Shown: piece by piece, positions 16,575 through 27,391 of the stretch
How the letters are laid out: each line of letters starts with the position of its first letter
Numbering within the stretch: position 1 is the stretch's first letter
IMG/VR virus record: IMGVR_UViG_3300042514_000067
Coordinates: 1-57,647 of that record
Reading direction: 5' to 3' (one strand)
Length of the DNA stretch: 57,647 nucleotides
From: a virus
Taxonomy: Duplodnaviria > Caudoviricetes
Notes under the pieces: generated by a model
Seen by the model: only the letters and a program-made list of their open reading frames with translations
Told to the model about the DNA's origin: nothing
Database searches by the model: none
Position numbers and translations under genes: made by a program

Positions 16575-19413
16575 TCTACTTAACACAGTACTGCCACCGG
16601 AAGGGCGCTACTGTGTGATGGGGATTGGTAAGTATCCTGACCAGAATTTTGTAGATACTAAGGAAGAGGTTGAAGAGCTAGCGCAGCGATTTGTTTCACG
16701 AAAGATTGACGTATTCTTTGGATGCGCCAAGTATGGTTCGTTAGATAACCGCACCCATGAAAATGCTAAATACTTCCGTGCTCTGTGGATGGACATTGAC
16801 TGTGGCCCAACCAAAGGTGTACCCGATAAAAAAGGCATTATCAAAGGCTATCTCGATCAGCAAACCGGACTCGATGAGTTCAAGAAGTTCTGCATTGCGG
16901 TCGGCTTACCAAGACCAATACTAGTAAGTTCTGGTTACGGCATACATGCGTACTGGCTACTAGAAGAAACAGTGTCTCGCCGAGAGTGGGAGCCACTAGC
17001 CAATCGGCTTCGTGAGTTGTGCGTTGAGCAAGGGTTGATTGTGGACTCCTCAGTATTTGAGGCTTCACGTATCCTGCGCATCCCCGGCACATTTAATTTC
17101 AAGCAGGAAGAGCCCAAAGAGGTAACAGTACTAAATGAACTGACGCCTCGCATGACATACCAAGAAGTTAAAGACTTGCTTGGTGCGCCTGAACCAAAGG
17201 ACGATGTACCCGATTTCATTCCGCGCTCAATGAGCCCGATGATGGAAGCACTCATGGGTAACAAGGTCAAGCGGTTTAAGACGATCATGATGAAGGGTGA
17301 AGGTGGGTGCGCCCAACTTAATCACTGCTTTGAAAACCAAAACGACATTGAAGAACCACTGTGGCGCTCCGCTCTTTCTATTGCAGCTTTTTGCGTAGAT
17401 GGAGACAAGGCCGCACATAAACTGTCGAACAAGCATGAGAGCTACGATGCCGTAGAAGTTGACAACAAAGTTAACAACCTACGTAGTAAAGGTGGCCCAC
17501 ATCACTGCGCGACATTTGCAAAACTCAATCCGCAAGGTTGTGAGGGTTGCATCCATAGAGGCAAAATTAAATCGCCCATCATGCTCGGTGTTGAGATTGA
17601 ACAAGCCGAAGCAGAAGATAACGAATATGCCGTCGAAGATTCAGACGGTGAGGTTGAGATACAACATATACCAGAGTACCCATTTCCATTCTTTCGTGGG
17701 AAGAAGGGTGGTGTCTACATTCGCCCTGAGAGCGAAGATGACGAAGCCGAGCCAAAACTTGTGTACGAGCATGACTTGTACGTGGTCAAACGCATGCGTG
17801 ACCCTGAGCTTGGCGAGATAGCTTTGTTTCGTTTGCACTTACCGCACGATGGTGTCAGAGAGTTCAGTATCCCCACGATGGGTATCTCTTCACCTGATGA
17901 GTTGCGCAAACAGTTGGCACACAACGGAGTTGTAGCCCACAAGTCACAGTACGAATTGCTTGCAAGGTATGTTGTTTTCTTTATTAAAAATTTGCAATAC
18001 ATTAAAAAGGCAGAGACCATGAGAACTCAGTTTGGTTGGGTCGAGGGGAACAGCAAGTTCATCCTTGGCGATCGGGAGATTACAAAAGACGGAGTGTTTT
18101 ACAGCCCACCGTCAAGCGTTACAAAAGATATTGCCGGAAAGTTAGTTACCAAAGGCTCGATGGAGAAGTGGAAAGAAGCGTTCAATATGTACGCTAGGCC
18201 GGGGCTTGAACCCCATGCGTTTGCCGCACTCACGGCATTCGGCTCACCACTGTTGAAATTTACAGGTCTTGAAGGCGCGATCATTAACGTGATTCACCCT
18301 GAGTCTGGTTCGGGGAAGTCGACAGCATTGTTTATGTGCAACAGTGTGTATGGTGAACCCAAAGGGTTGACCTCTATGTACAAGGATACGATGAACGCAA
18401 AGATGCACCAGCTCGGCGTAATGAACAACTTGCCCAATACCATTGACGAGATTACCAACCTTAGTGGCATGGAGTTCTCTGACTTGGCGTACAGCATCAG
18501 CCAAGGCCGGGGCAAAAACAAAATGAACGGGCAGACTAACACGTTGCGTATTAACAATACTAGCTGGCAGGGCATGACTTTATGCTCGGCAAACGCCAGC
18601 TTCTATGAAAAGCTAGGTGTGGCAAAGAGTACGCCCGATGGTGAGTCCATGCGTCTGCTTGAGTACAAGATTGAACCCAACAGCATCATTGATGTGCAAG
18701 AGGGTAAACAGATGTTTGACCACCAACTGCGCGAGAACTTTGGGCATGCGGGCGAAATCTACATCCAGTGGCTTGTCAATAACTTGGAAGAAGCAATAGC
18801 TTTGATGCGCAAGATTCAGGCTAGGCTTGATAAGGAAGTTCAGTTCAATCAGAAGGAGCGTTTTTGGTCAGCTGTTTCTGCGTGCAACATAGCTGGTGGT
18901 TTGATTGCGTCTCAGTTGGAACTGCACAACTACGACATGAAGGCGGTATACGAATGGCTCAAGGGCATGCTTGGGGAGATGCGGTTTGAGATTCAAGCAC
19001 CAAACTCAACACCCGTAACAATCCTTGGTGAGTTTGTTAACGCCCACATTATTAATGCTTTAGTTGTAAACGGTGAGGTCGATGCTCGTAGTAACCTGCA
19101 GTCCATGCCCATGCTCGAGCCCCGTGGAGAGCTACTCATACGCTACGAGCCAGATACCAAAGAACTCTTCATTGCGGCCAAACAATTTAAAGATTTTTGC
19201 GTGAAACAGCAAATCAACTACAAGACCACCTTGAAAGAATTGGGTAACGCCAAAATCTATTTAGAGGGTGTGAACAAACGAATGTCCAAGGGCATGAAGG
19301 TTGTATCTCCCGCAGTACGGGTGTTGAAGTTTGACGCATCTGCCGCCGAGTTCTTACAGATGGATGCCTTTGTAGCTAAAGATGAAAATCGAGACGGTGA
19401 CGTATCAGATTGA
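16561..19413 (+). CDS. Primase-helicase (RepB-like primase + DUF927 helicase)
   Basis: WMDID, SGYGIHAYW, RILRIPGTFN; Cys cluster; QFGW, GSGKST Walker A, IDE Walker B. Confidence 0.85.
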   Translation: MSHFDLLNTVLPPEGRYCVMGIGKYPDQNFVDTKEEVEELAQRFVSRKIDVFFGCAKYGSLDNRTHENAKYFRALWMDIDCGPTKGVPDKKGIIKGYLDQQTGLDEFKKFCIAVGLPRPILVSSGYGIHAYWLLEETVSRREWEPLANRLRELCVEQGLIVDSSVFEASRILRIPGTFNFKQEEPKEVTVLNELTPRMTYQEVKDLLGAPEPKDDVPDFIPRSMSPMMEALMGNKVKRFKTIMMKGEGGCAQLNHCFENQNDIEEPLWRSALSIAAFCVDGDKAAHKLSNKHESYDAVEVDNKVNNLRSKGGPHHCATFAKLNPQGCEGCIHRGKIKSPIMLGVEIEQAEAEDNEYAVEDSDGEVEIQHIPEYPFPFFRGKKGGVYIRPESEDDEAEPKLVYEHDLYVVKRMRDPELGEIALFRLHLPHDGVREFSIPTMGISSPDELRKQLAHNGVVAHKSQYELLARYVVFFIKNLQYIKKAETMRTQFGWVEGNSKFILGDREITKDGVFYSPPSSVTKDIAGKLVTKGSMEKWKEAFNMYARPGLEPHAFAALTAFGSPLLKFTGLEGAIINVIHPESGSGKSTALFMCNSVYGEPKGLTSMYKDTMNAKMHQLGVMNNLPNTIDEITNLSGMEFSDLAYSISQGRGKNKMNGQTNTLRINNTSWQGMTLCSANASFYEKLGVAKSTPDGESMRLLEYKIEPNSIIDVQEGKQMFDHQLRENFGHAGEIYIQWLVNNLEEAIALMRKIQARLDKEVQFNQKERFWSAVSACNIAGGLIASQLELHNYDMKAVYEWLKGMLGEMRFEIQAPNSTPVTILGEFVNAHIINALVVNGEVDARSNLQSMPMLEPRGELLIRYEPDTKELFIAAKQFKDFCVKQQINYKTTLKELGNAKIYLEGVNKRMSKGMKVVSPAVRVLKFDASAAEFLQMDAFVAKDENRDGDVSD

Positions 19414-19576
19414 CTGGTCTAAATTCCGGCGCGGTTATTCTTTCTTTGTACCTTGCATTGACGAGAAAGCCGCCCGGGAAACAATTGCGGCAATAAGTAA
19501 ACGGCTAAAGATGGCTACTGTTACGAAAGTAGTTATAGAAGAGGGCATAAAAGGTTTGCGGGTGTGGCGAGTTTAG
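19382..19576 (+). CDS. hypothetical protein
   Basis: W..F..G.SFFVP...GLRVWR motif. Confidence 0.75.
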   Translation: MKIETVTYQIDWSKFRRGYSFFVPCIDEKAARETIAAISKRLKMATVTKVVIEEGIKGLRVWRV

Positions 19577-19631
19577 GCTACACTGAAACCACTGTCATGA
19601 AGTCCTTGGTTGAGTTTTCCACTCTCCTCTT

Positions 19632-19660
19632 ATCCCCAGCTAATCACTGGGGATTTTTTT
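19632..19660 (+). terminator. Rho-independent terminator at convergence point
   Basis: ATCCCCAG-7nt-CTGGGGAT followed by T run. Confidence 0.8.
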
Positions 19661-22600
19661 CGGCCTTACGTTTAGCCGCCATCTCTTCGGCTCGGCGATC
19701 TAAGCGGTCTCGCAATTTATCTGCAGGTTCCCCAATAATTGAAACATTTTTTTCTGTAATAGCTACACCGGCGCGAGAACTTGCACGTTGTTCAGCTCTT
19801 GCAAGAAGTGAATCATAGATTGCATCGGCATCAAGCCCAAACGCTGGGTACTTCTTATTAAACTTGGCCACTTCGTTTTCAATGATGTCTTGGAACTTAT
19901 CGTCCCCTGCATCAGTTTCTTTACGGCGTTCAAAATCAAGTCTGTTCAACAACAAGTTGCGTTGGTTATTAATTTTTTGTTCGATACCAGAATATTTAAA
20001 CGCTGGCCCTTGAGTAGCCGCAAGGATGTCAGGACGGAAGCCAATGGCTTGACCAATTATTTCACCCGTCTTTACATCGTCTTTACCGACTAGCTCAACA
20101 CCACGACCGGTCTTCATGCCTTCATCTGCGTATTTGTTAGCAACCACAAGATTACGGACTACAGCGGGAAGCATGCGCTCCATCATCTTCTGATAGTCAC
20201 CCATTGCGTAGGCATCGTAGGCGTCGGCAAAACCAAGTAACAGACTTGCGGTTGGGCCACCAAAGTGGTCTAGCATAAAAGCAATTGCGCTTTCCCTAGA
20301 AGTCTTAGTCTCTTTACTATCTCGGCCCCATAGATCGGCTAGTCCAACACGCGAAGCAATATCTTCTCCAGTGATTGCATTTAACGGGCCACGAGCAATT
20401 AGGTCGCTTACGGGTACACCACCAAGCTTGACGTCACCTAAGTTCTCAGGAAGGAATACTTCAAAGAACCAAGTTTTAAAGTCAATGTCTTTAAGTTCTT
20501 CAGGCCAATCTTCATCAAGCTCTAATTGACCCCAAGCCCACCCAGCGAGTCCCATAATAGGATTGATTAGGGCCATGTTTGCCGCACCCGCAAGGAGGAA
20601 AGAAGTGCCCATCATGCCGAACAACTTAGTGGCTGCTTCTTTTTTGCCTTCTTTATTAAGGAAGGGGAGCATCTTCTTAAAGTTAGTTAGCATCAGCAAA
20701 GACATCTGCAATGGATACGTCTTAAACTGGAACGCAATCTTACCAATACCCTGTTGCATAAACCGTGGACGGTTTGTAATGTCGTAGTTACCAAGTGCTT
20801 CGTTAGTAGAGTCAACAGCTTTCTGGACAGCAGTGTCGTAGTCAAGCCCTTGCTTCTTACCTAATCTATACGCAGCGAGGTAGACGGCCTCACGACTTAA
20901 GCGCTCAGTGTTGTGCATCAAAGCGCCGACCATCAAGTTTGCAAGACGCTTACCTTTACCTACGACACCTTCAAACTGCTCGGTGGACATGCTCTTGTAG
21001 CCCCACACCAAGGAGGCATAGGTTGACTCAGATACACCGCGTGACGTCATCTCACTAATTGCTTTGCGCTCATCAGCAGGGAGGGTTTTATTATTTGCAA
21101 TACTTGGCGCAGAGATAGAGGTTGTGCCGTCTGGGTTAGGGCGGAACACGCTGTACTGATTGACTAACGTAGCCATCTTTGCAAGTTCAGTAGCCGCACC
21201 GGTAACGTTGTTGTAGTTACCACCAAGCACAGGTAAGCCGGAAATGAATACGCTAGAAGGCTGAATCAAAGCCGACGCAGCAGAAGACAGGTACCAGAAG
21301 TAAGACGCTTTGTTTGCTATACCAGCAACGGATTCACTTAGTGAACCGTGAGCGCCAGATAGCGCCATGTTGACACGCTTCTCAGCTTCTTGCACAAACG
21401 GAGACAACTCTTCACGTTCCCCAATTGAGTCACGCGCCTCTGATAATGCAAGGCGAAGTTGTGGCGCATACTTTAGGCGTGCCAACTGAATGGATTGCTT
21501 AGAAGCAGTAGTTGCAATGTTTTGCTGTAAGTCTGTGCTAAAACCAGCCCGACCCTTACGATGGGTAAACTGCCTACGGAAAGATTGCTCAGGCATTGTG
21601 GTCAGATAGATTTGGTAAACCGCATCTTTTAAACCTTCTTTAGCTTCGGGCGAGCCCATGTCTTTGGCATCAATTGCCGCAAAAACTTCCTTGAGCATTG
21701 TGCTAGCGTCCTGTGATGCGGCGCGTAACTCTTTCAAGTCATTACCTTGCACAAACTCTTTATCGGCTACTAGCTCAGCTAGGGATTTACCTCGCTCTGC
21801 CGCCATTTGTTTAGCCGCTTCGTTGCGCTCTGCGCGGGTCTCAAACAAATAAAATTGACGGTTGTCACCAGAACCAATAGCTAAGAAGAAATCACCACGG
21901 CGCACCAACGGGAAGAAAGGCCTAATCCGTGACTCGGCTTCAAACGTCTTACGCAAGACAGCCATCAAGTTTTTCTTTTCCTCGGGGGACATGCCCTGCA
22001 TGTTGCCTATTTGCTCATCTAATATGTCGGAGTACAACTCAATGATTGACTCATAGTAATCCCGCAACTGCTTGTACATGCGTTGACCAACAGAGCCGAG
22101 TGCTTTGTAGTCGGCATCAAGTTGCTTGCTACGTATACGGGTGTTGGTATCAGACGGGTCTACCTCTGCTAACGTAGTGCCGTACACAAAATCTGCAAAC
22201 TGCTTGCGGCTAAGCTTAGGGTCTTCTTTGAACCCGCGATTCATAGAATCAATAACTCGTTCAGCGCCAACCAAGAATTGCTGAGACATACCCAACATAC
22301 GCTGCAGTTGAGTGTTAGCTTTGTTTAGCGCAGGTATACCCGCATCAGCGGCCCACTTAGCCAAGAAATCAAACGTGGGAAGGCGCACAGTAGCTTCTAG
22401 TCTTGTATATCCTAGGTCGCTAGTTACGTTAGCCAAGATTTGGCGTACCGCTTTGGGGTCACGTGCCAACTGCATTAGCTCAACATTCTTAGCCGCGTCG
22501 CCCTCATTAGACAAGCGCACTTTTTCTTTTGCGATCTTTACGTCTCTGGCAAGCTGAAGCGCAGAACGCTGCACTTTACTGTCGGCTTCTTCGTTGAACT

Positions 22601-25600
22601 CGGGAGGAGTGAACTTGCCCTTTTGTTGGAGCGAAGTTCTTTTCATTTCAATTGCTGTAAGCCGTGTGCCAAGCATCTTGTCAGTAATGTCGACCAGATC
22701 AGAGAACGCAGTAGCATCACCTTGCTTGATACCAAACAAGTCACGAATGCTATTAACAAATGTAGAGAACAGGGTCGGCTCTTTGCGCGTGCCCTTTACG
22801 CGCATCAAGAACTTTTGGAACTCGGGGCTAGACATGCCGTAAGCCAAGAACTCGTAGGGGTTCTTAAATATGTCGTAGCTGTCTGTTTTGGGGTCGTAAG
22901 TTCTACTGACAATATCGTTAACGTCTTCGTCAACCATATCAAGATACGCCAAGTCTTTGTACTCTTGCTCGGCACGCTTCATTATGTCGCCCATCTCACG
23001 GATGAACTTCTGAAGACTGGCGTTTCTAAAACCTTTTAGTAGACCTGCTTGAATACGACTAGCTGTAGCTGCGTGCAACAATTCGTGTAGCACTGTTATG
23101 TTATTTATGCCTTGTAGGTCTCCGAAGCTACTACCACGCACGTATACAGTACGTTCTTTCTGGCCCGGCGTATAAACAAAAAGTCCACGCGCTTCTTTTA
23201 GCTCTTCAAGAATATTGGCCGGGGTTGCATCACCCTTTTCAACAACCACAAACTTAACACCAACCATAAAGTTGCGGATGCGCTGCGCAACAAAACGTTG
23301 GAACAAATTGCCAGTCTTAATGATTTGCGCAATTGCCTGTGAGCCGGTGGTTAAATTGTTAAATCCTGTGTCGGGCTTATCTACTCTACCTGCGGCAGAA
23401 CGTAGCTTTTTGGGGATGTCCTTTGGATCAACGTCGTCCTCAAGCATCTGCTTGGCACGTTTACGCACTGCTTCGGGCGCAGTTTTATCATTGGCAGCGT
23501 CATTAATATATTCTGCTGCACCTTGGATTTTGTCTCTACTACCGGGTGAGTTGTACGCCTCAAGCGCCGACTCTAAAGCGTTAAGCTCTACTTTAGTTTC
23601 TTGGTCTAAATCAACAGCGCCATCTTCTGACACAGCTTTAGCTGGTCGGCCTCGACCCGTAGATGCAAGTGCTTTATCAAGCTCAGCTTGGAACTTAGCA
23701 ACTTTTACAGGATCGTTTTTATCCTGTGCTTTAGCCAGATTGACAGCCGCAGTTGCTTGCTTCTGGGTATCGTAAGTTTCAGTTACTTCGCCATCGGTAA
23801 CGTGCTCGTGTTTACCCTCGGAGTTTTTAACAACTACGTGCCTTTGCTGGACAGGTGGCCGACCACGAGTCTTACCGGTTACTGCTCCGGCTGGTGATGC
23901 TTCTTGTCCTTCTTGCGTTGTTTTGATGGCTTCAATGGTTTCAGTGCCAAGTTGGGCTCCTTCAGTTTCAGTGGGTGGGTTAAGTCTGTTAAGTTCTTCG
24001 TCCGTTATCGTTACGGTTTTAGTATTTACTCTATCCCCGTTGTCATCAACACCATCAGGGTGGTTACTTACATCGACTTCAAGTTTATAAAGCGTTGGTT
24101 GCCCACGTTTTTCTTCTACACCAACTACTTTTGCAGGCGCTCCGGCAAAAGCTGATTGAACTACTTCCGCGCCGGGGTAAAAATACGTCCAAGGTTTACC
24201 ATCCTGTGTGGTAACAAGCCTGTCCTTTGGTGTTTCTTCTACTGCGGCTGGTGCAACTACTTCTGCTGCCTGCTCAACGGGTGTTTCAGCGGGTGTTTCC
24301 GCAGGTGCTACTTCTAATGTAGTCGGCTCAACTGCTTCTCCAACAGGAGCTCCTGCAACATCCTGTCCAGTAGATACCACTCCACTTGGCTCAGTGACTC
24401 CAACTCCTGCGGCGGGGGGCTCTGCACTGGGCTGTCCAGCCACCTCAACGCTTTCTCCACTTGGAGTACTGATAGGCTCAGCAATATCTGCTGTTCCTCT
24501 TGTTTCGTTCTGCGCAAGCTCATCTGATTGTGACTCCTCTTGGGCTAGCCTTTGTGCGTCAAGTACCGCCTGTTGTGGGTCAACACCAGCGGCAATTAAA
24601 TCTTGTGTGATCTGCTCAACACGACCTTCAGGTATCTTAATAGATGCAGTTTTAGCTTCGGCCTTTAACTCTGCATCAACTTTACGCGCAGCAATATTCC
24701 CCGCGTTGGGTTCGGGTATACCCTGCTGTAGATTAATTTCGGTAAGCGCGGCAATCCGCTCGGCACGAACCTGTTCAGGTGTAGTTGCTGTTGTTTGCGT
24801 AGCAGGTGGAGGGGGAGGCGCTGCCTCAAACAACTCAGAGCTTAGGTCTTTGCCCTTGGTGGTTTTAGCATCGGCCTTAGTTTCTTTGCCAAATAACTCA
24901 GAGCTTAGGTCTTTACCTTTAGCGCCACGGTTACGCGCACCTGTAGCTACTTCCGCAAGGCCACCGGGGAGGTCTGCTAAACCTTCAACAATTATGTCTA
25001 GGGGTTTGTTCTCGCCTGTCAGTACTTGACCGCCAGCCTCGCCAGCCATACCGGAGCCAACCTGAACGCCAGCTTCTTTTGCGCCAGCCGTGACCGCCGC
25101 TTTGCGTGATATACCAGTTCCCGCTGTTTTAAGTGCGCGAATAAACCGACCAGCAAAACCAGCCGACAACGCATCAAAAGCAGCAACGGGAATGCCTCGC
25201 TTTACGCCATACTCACGGGCTTCAGAAATAAACTTAGGGTCTTCTAAAAGTTTTTGTACAGCAGCTACGTTTGAGGTATCTACTTTTCTTTTCTCTAAAA
25301 GTTCACCAATTGCCGAACCAAACTCAGTGGCAAAAGAAGTTGCACCAGAGGCAACCGCAAGACCCGGGGGCCCCGCTGCAATACCTGCGCCTACGATAAC
25401 AGGCACAGTTTGTAAGGTAGCAACGGCAGACTCACCAATTAGAGAAGCTAGGGCTTTCCAGTTCTTTGGCTTGATAACTTCTTTAGCTACGTCACCAAAA
25501 CTTCCAGTTTCGTTAGCTTCTTGCAAGCGCTCCAGCCCTGCAGCTACATTACCAGAGGGTTTAATTTGCTTCTGTCGGCGAGCTAGGTCACTAATGCTCT

Positions 25601-25805
25601 CAGCATATTCTTTAGCGGTAATTGCCCCAGACTGAAATTTTAAAGCCTCTCGGGTTCCTTCCGCCTGAAGCAAGCCACGTTTGCCTACGTTTGCAACTTC
25701 ATCAGTGGCTGACGGTTCAGCAAATAAGTCCGCGCTTAAATCCCGACCCTGTTTAGAAGGTGCCGGTGTGGGAAATAACTCAGCGCTTAAATCACGACCG
25801 GCCAT
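19644..25805 (-). CDS. Large internal virion/ejection protein (polyvalent, zincin-like motif)
   Basis: 2053 aa, last gene of the structural arm; VLHELLH...EFLAY zincin-like motif; G[RK]DLS.[ED]LF x4; RGRP motifs; hydrophobic helical C-terminal region. Confidence 0.75.
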   Translation of the reverse strand: MAGRDLSAELFPTPAPSKQGRDLSADLFAEPSATDEVANVGKRGLLQAEGTREALKFQSGAITAKEYAESISDLARRQKQIKPSGNVAAGLERLQEANETGSFGDVAKEVIKPKNWKALASLIGESAVATLQTVPVIVGAGIAAGPPGLAVASGATSFATEFGSAIGELLEKRKVDTSNVAAVQKLLEDPKFISEAREYGVKRGIPVAAFDALSAGFAGRFIRALKTAGTGISRKAAVTAGAKEAGVQVGSGMAGEAGGQVLTGENKPLDIIVEGLADLPGGLAEVATGARNRGAKGKDLSSELFGKETKADAKTTKGKDLSSELFEAAPPPPPATQTTATTPEQVRAERIAALTEINLQQGIPEPNAGNIAARKVDAELKAEAKTASIKIPEGRVEQITQDLIAAGVDPQQAVLDAQRLAQEESQSDELAQNETRGTADIAEPISTPSGESVEVAGQPSAEPPAAGVGVTEPSGVVSTGQDVAGAPVGEAVEPTTLEVAPAETPAETPVEQAAEVVAPAAVEETPKDRLVTTQDGKPWTYFYPGAEVVQSAFAGAPAKVVGVEEKRGQPTLYKLEVDVSNHPDGVDDNGDRVNTKTVTITDEELNRLNPPTETEGAQLGTETIEAIKTTQEGQEASPAGAVTGKTRGRPPVQQRHVVVKNSEGKHEHVTDGEVTETYDTQKQATAAVNLAKAQDKNDPVKVAKFQAELDKALASTGRGRPAKAVSEDGAVDLDQETKVELNALESALEAYNSPGSRDKIQGAAEYINDAANDKTAPEAVRKRAKQMLEDDVDPKDIPKKLRSAAGRVDKPDTGFNNLTTGSQAIAQIIKTGNLFQRFVAQRIRNFMVGVKFVVVEKGDATPANILEELKEARGLFVYTPGQKERTVYVRGSSFGDLQGINNITVLHELLHAATASRIQAGLLKGFRNASLQKFIREMGDIMKRAEQEYKDLAYLDMVDEDVNDIVSRTYDPKTDSYDIFKNPYEFLAYGMSSPEFQKFLMRVKGTRKEPTLFSTFVNSIRDLFGIKQGDATAFSDLVDITDKMLGTRLTAIEMKRTSLQQKGKFTPPEFNEEADSKVQRSALQLARDVKIAKEKVRLSNEGDAAKNVELMQLARDPKAVRQILANVTSDLGYTRLEATVRLPTFDFLAKWAADAGIPALNKANTQLQRMLGMSQQFLVGAERVIDSMNRGFKEDPKLSRKQFADFVYGTTLAEVDPSDTNTRIRSKQLDADYKALGSVGQRMYKQLRDYYESIIELYSDILDEQIGNMQGMSPEEKKNLMAVLRKTFEAESRIRPFFPLVRRGDFFLAIGSGDNRQFYLFETRAERNEAAKQMAAERGKSLAELVADKEFVQGNDLKELRAASQDASTMLKEVFAAIDAKDMGSPEAKEGLKDAVYQIYLTTMPEQSFRRQFTHRKGRAGFSTDLQQNIATTASKQSIQLARLKYAPQLRLALSEARDSIGEREELSPFVQEAEKRVNMALSGAHGSLSESVAGIANKASYFWYLSSAASALIQPSSVFISGLPVLGGNYNNVTGAATELAKMATLVNQYSVFRPNPDGTTSISAPSIANNKTLPADERKAISEMTSRGVSESTYASLVWGYKSMSTEQFEGVVGKGKRLANLMVGALMHNTERLSREAVYLAAYRLGKKQGLDYDTAVQKAVDSTNEALGNYDITNRPRFMQQGIGKIAFQFKTYPLQMSLLMLTNFKKMLPFLNKEGKKEAATKLFGMMGTSFLLAGAANMALINPIMGLAGWAWGQLELDEDWPEELKDIDFKTWFFEVFLPENLGDVKLGGVPVSDLIARGPLNAITGEDIASRVGLADLWGRDSKETKTSRESAIAFMLDHFGGPTASLLLGFADAYDAYAMGDYQKMMERMLPAVVRNLVVANKYADEGMKTGRGVELVGKDDVKTGEIIGQAIGFRPDILAATQGPAFKYSGIEQKINNQRNLLLNRLDFERRKETDAGDDKFQDIIENEVAKFNKKYPAFGLDADAIYDSLLARAEQRASSRAGVAITEKNVSIIGEPADKLRDRLDRRAEEMAAKRKAEKNPQ

Positions 25806-25816
25806 AAATTACCTCT

Positions 25817-27382
25817 TTATTTGACAGTGTAGCCTTTGGCCTTTAATGCGTCCATGACTTCTTGTCTTGTTTTTCCGCTTGCCGTTACAGTAGCATCAAC
25901 GTCTGCCATAGATATTACCTTACTTGTGGCAGTTGGTTTTGCGGCGGCGGCAGGTGCTGCGCTTGATTTTGCGGGGGTAGCTTCAGCAGCTTGAGGGTTG
26001 TTTGTAATCCATTTTCTCTTAAATTGATTTTCCGCTGCTTCTACACCGCCCGCAGCTTCAACAGCTTTTTTCCACTCGCGGTTATTCATAAGCTTATGTT
26101 TATCAAGCGCTTTGTTGGCCTCAATATTTTCTTTAGATGTAAGCGCTTCTTGTTGTGCGCCAAGTTTATTGGAGCCGCTTTCACTAGTAGAGAACGAAGT
26201 TCTTGTCTTTGCCGCAGCGCGGGTTAGTGCGTCCACGTCTGCTTTGTTCTCTTTGGTCGGGTTTTTGGCGTATGCAAGTTCCGCCGCAGCCAATTGTTCA
26301 GCCAATTTAGGGCCACTACCAGCACCTTTGTTTACGGGGCGGTTAGCAGCCCGATATACATCAGAATCCAGCTTAGCCAGAGCTTGAGCTTTGTTCAGTT
26401 TAAATCTATTAGCATCGGCTTTTTCTTTACGCGCAGTTTCGGCTGCGGCTTGAGCACCACGAATGTCACCCATGCGTTCTTTGCGCTGTGCGTCGGCGAG
26501 AGAGAACTGCATACTCTCAATAGATCGTTGCTCGGCTAAGCCAGCACGTTTTACCTCACCCATTTGTTGCGCAAATACAGGGAAAGCTTTTGCTGCGCCA
26601 CGGGCTAGGGTGTTACCTTCAAGAATAGCTCCAGCGGCAGCTAGCAAAGCTAGACCTTCCCCTTGACTGTTATTCTTGCTCTGTGCGTCTTCTCGTTCTT
26701 TAAGACGTCTATTAGCAGGTGCGTAAATGTCGGGCCCAGCGTTTCTCTTAGCAAAATCAAGGGAGTCTTGACGAATTTTATTAAATTCATCTTGGCTTAA
26801 ACCTTCATCTTTCATACCCATAAGTTCTGCACGTGACTGCTGAACGTTTCTAGACGCTAAACTTCTCTGGTCGTCTGTACCACCGTCATCTTCCATAAGA
26901 TTGCCTTCAGCATCGGTCTTACGGCCTTGTGAGTCAGAGTAGCCAGTGTCTGAGGTTTCGCGCTGGTACTCTTCCTCGGTCTCGCCACCTAAATTAAACG
27001 CAACAATACCGCCCGCAGCGTAGTTTTCTTCGGGGGTGTACATACCAGCTAAACCGCCAGAGGCTGCTTGCATAGGGGGAGCTTGTGGGGCACGTTGTTG
27101 TGGCATCTGACCTGCGGGTGCGCCCATAGGAATCATTCCAGCCAAACCTTGTGGGGGTGCGGGGGGAGCCAAGTTTTGGGCGAGGATAGAAGGGGCGGAA
27201 GTTGGCTGTTGTGCTTTACCCGCCATGTCCATCATGTCGGCTTCTTTAACCAAGCGCAATGCGTTTAATGCAGTGTAAGAGTCTAACTTGGGGTCAGGAC
27301 TTTGACCCATTACCGCAGCGCGAAGCATGTCGGGTTGTTTTCTATACCGTGCGGCATAGACAGATGCCATATCAATTGCCAT
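25817..27382 (-). CDS. putative ejection/internal virion protein
   Basis: Ala/Gln-rich helical protein in ejection cluster; AASGG, YAAGG, FNLGG motifs. Confidence 0.65.
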   Translation of the reverse strand: MAIDMASVYAARYRKQPDMLRAAVMGQSPDPKLDSYTALNALRLVKEADMMDMAGKAQQPTSAPSILAQNLAPPAPPQGLAGMIPMGAPAGQMPQQRAPQAPPMQAASGGLAGMYTPEENYAAGGIVAFNLGGETEEEYQRETSDTGYSDSQGRKTDAEGNLMEDDGGTDDQRSLASRNVQQSRAELMGMKDEGLSQDEFNKIRQDSLDFAKRNAGPDIYAPANRRLKEREDAQSKNNSQGEGLALLAAAGAILEGNTLARGAAKAFPVFAQQMGEVKRAGLAEQRSIESMQFSLADAQRKERMGDIRGAQAAAETARKEKADANRFKLNKAQALAKLDSDVYRAANRPVNKGAGSGPKLAEQLAAAELAYAKNPTKENKADVDALTRAAAKTRTSFSTSESGSNKLGAQQEALTSKENIEANKALDKHKLMNNREWKKAVEAAGGVEAAENQFKRKWITNNPQAAEATPAKSSAAPAAAAKPTATSKVISMADVDATVTASGKTRQEVMDALKAKGYTVK

Positions 27383-27391
27383 GATATTTCC

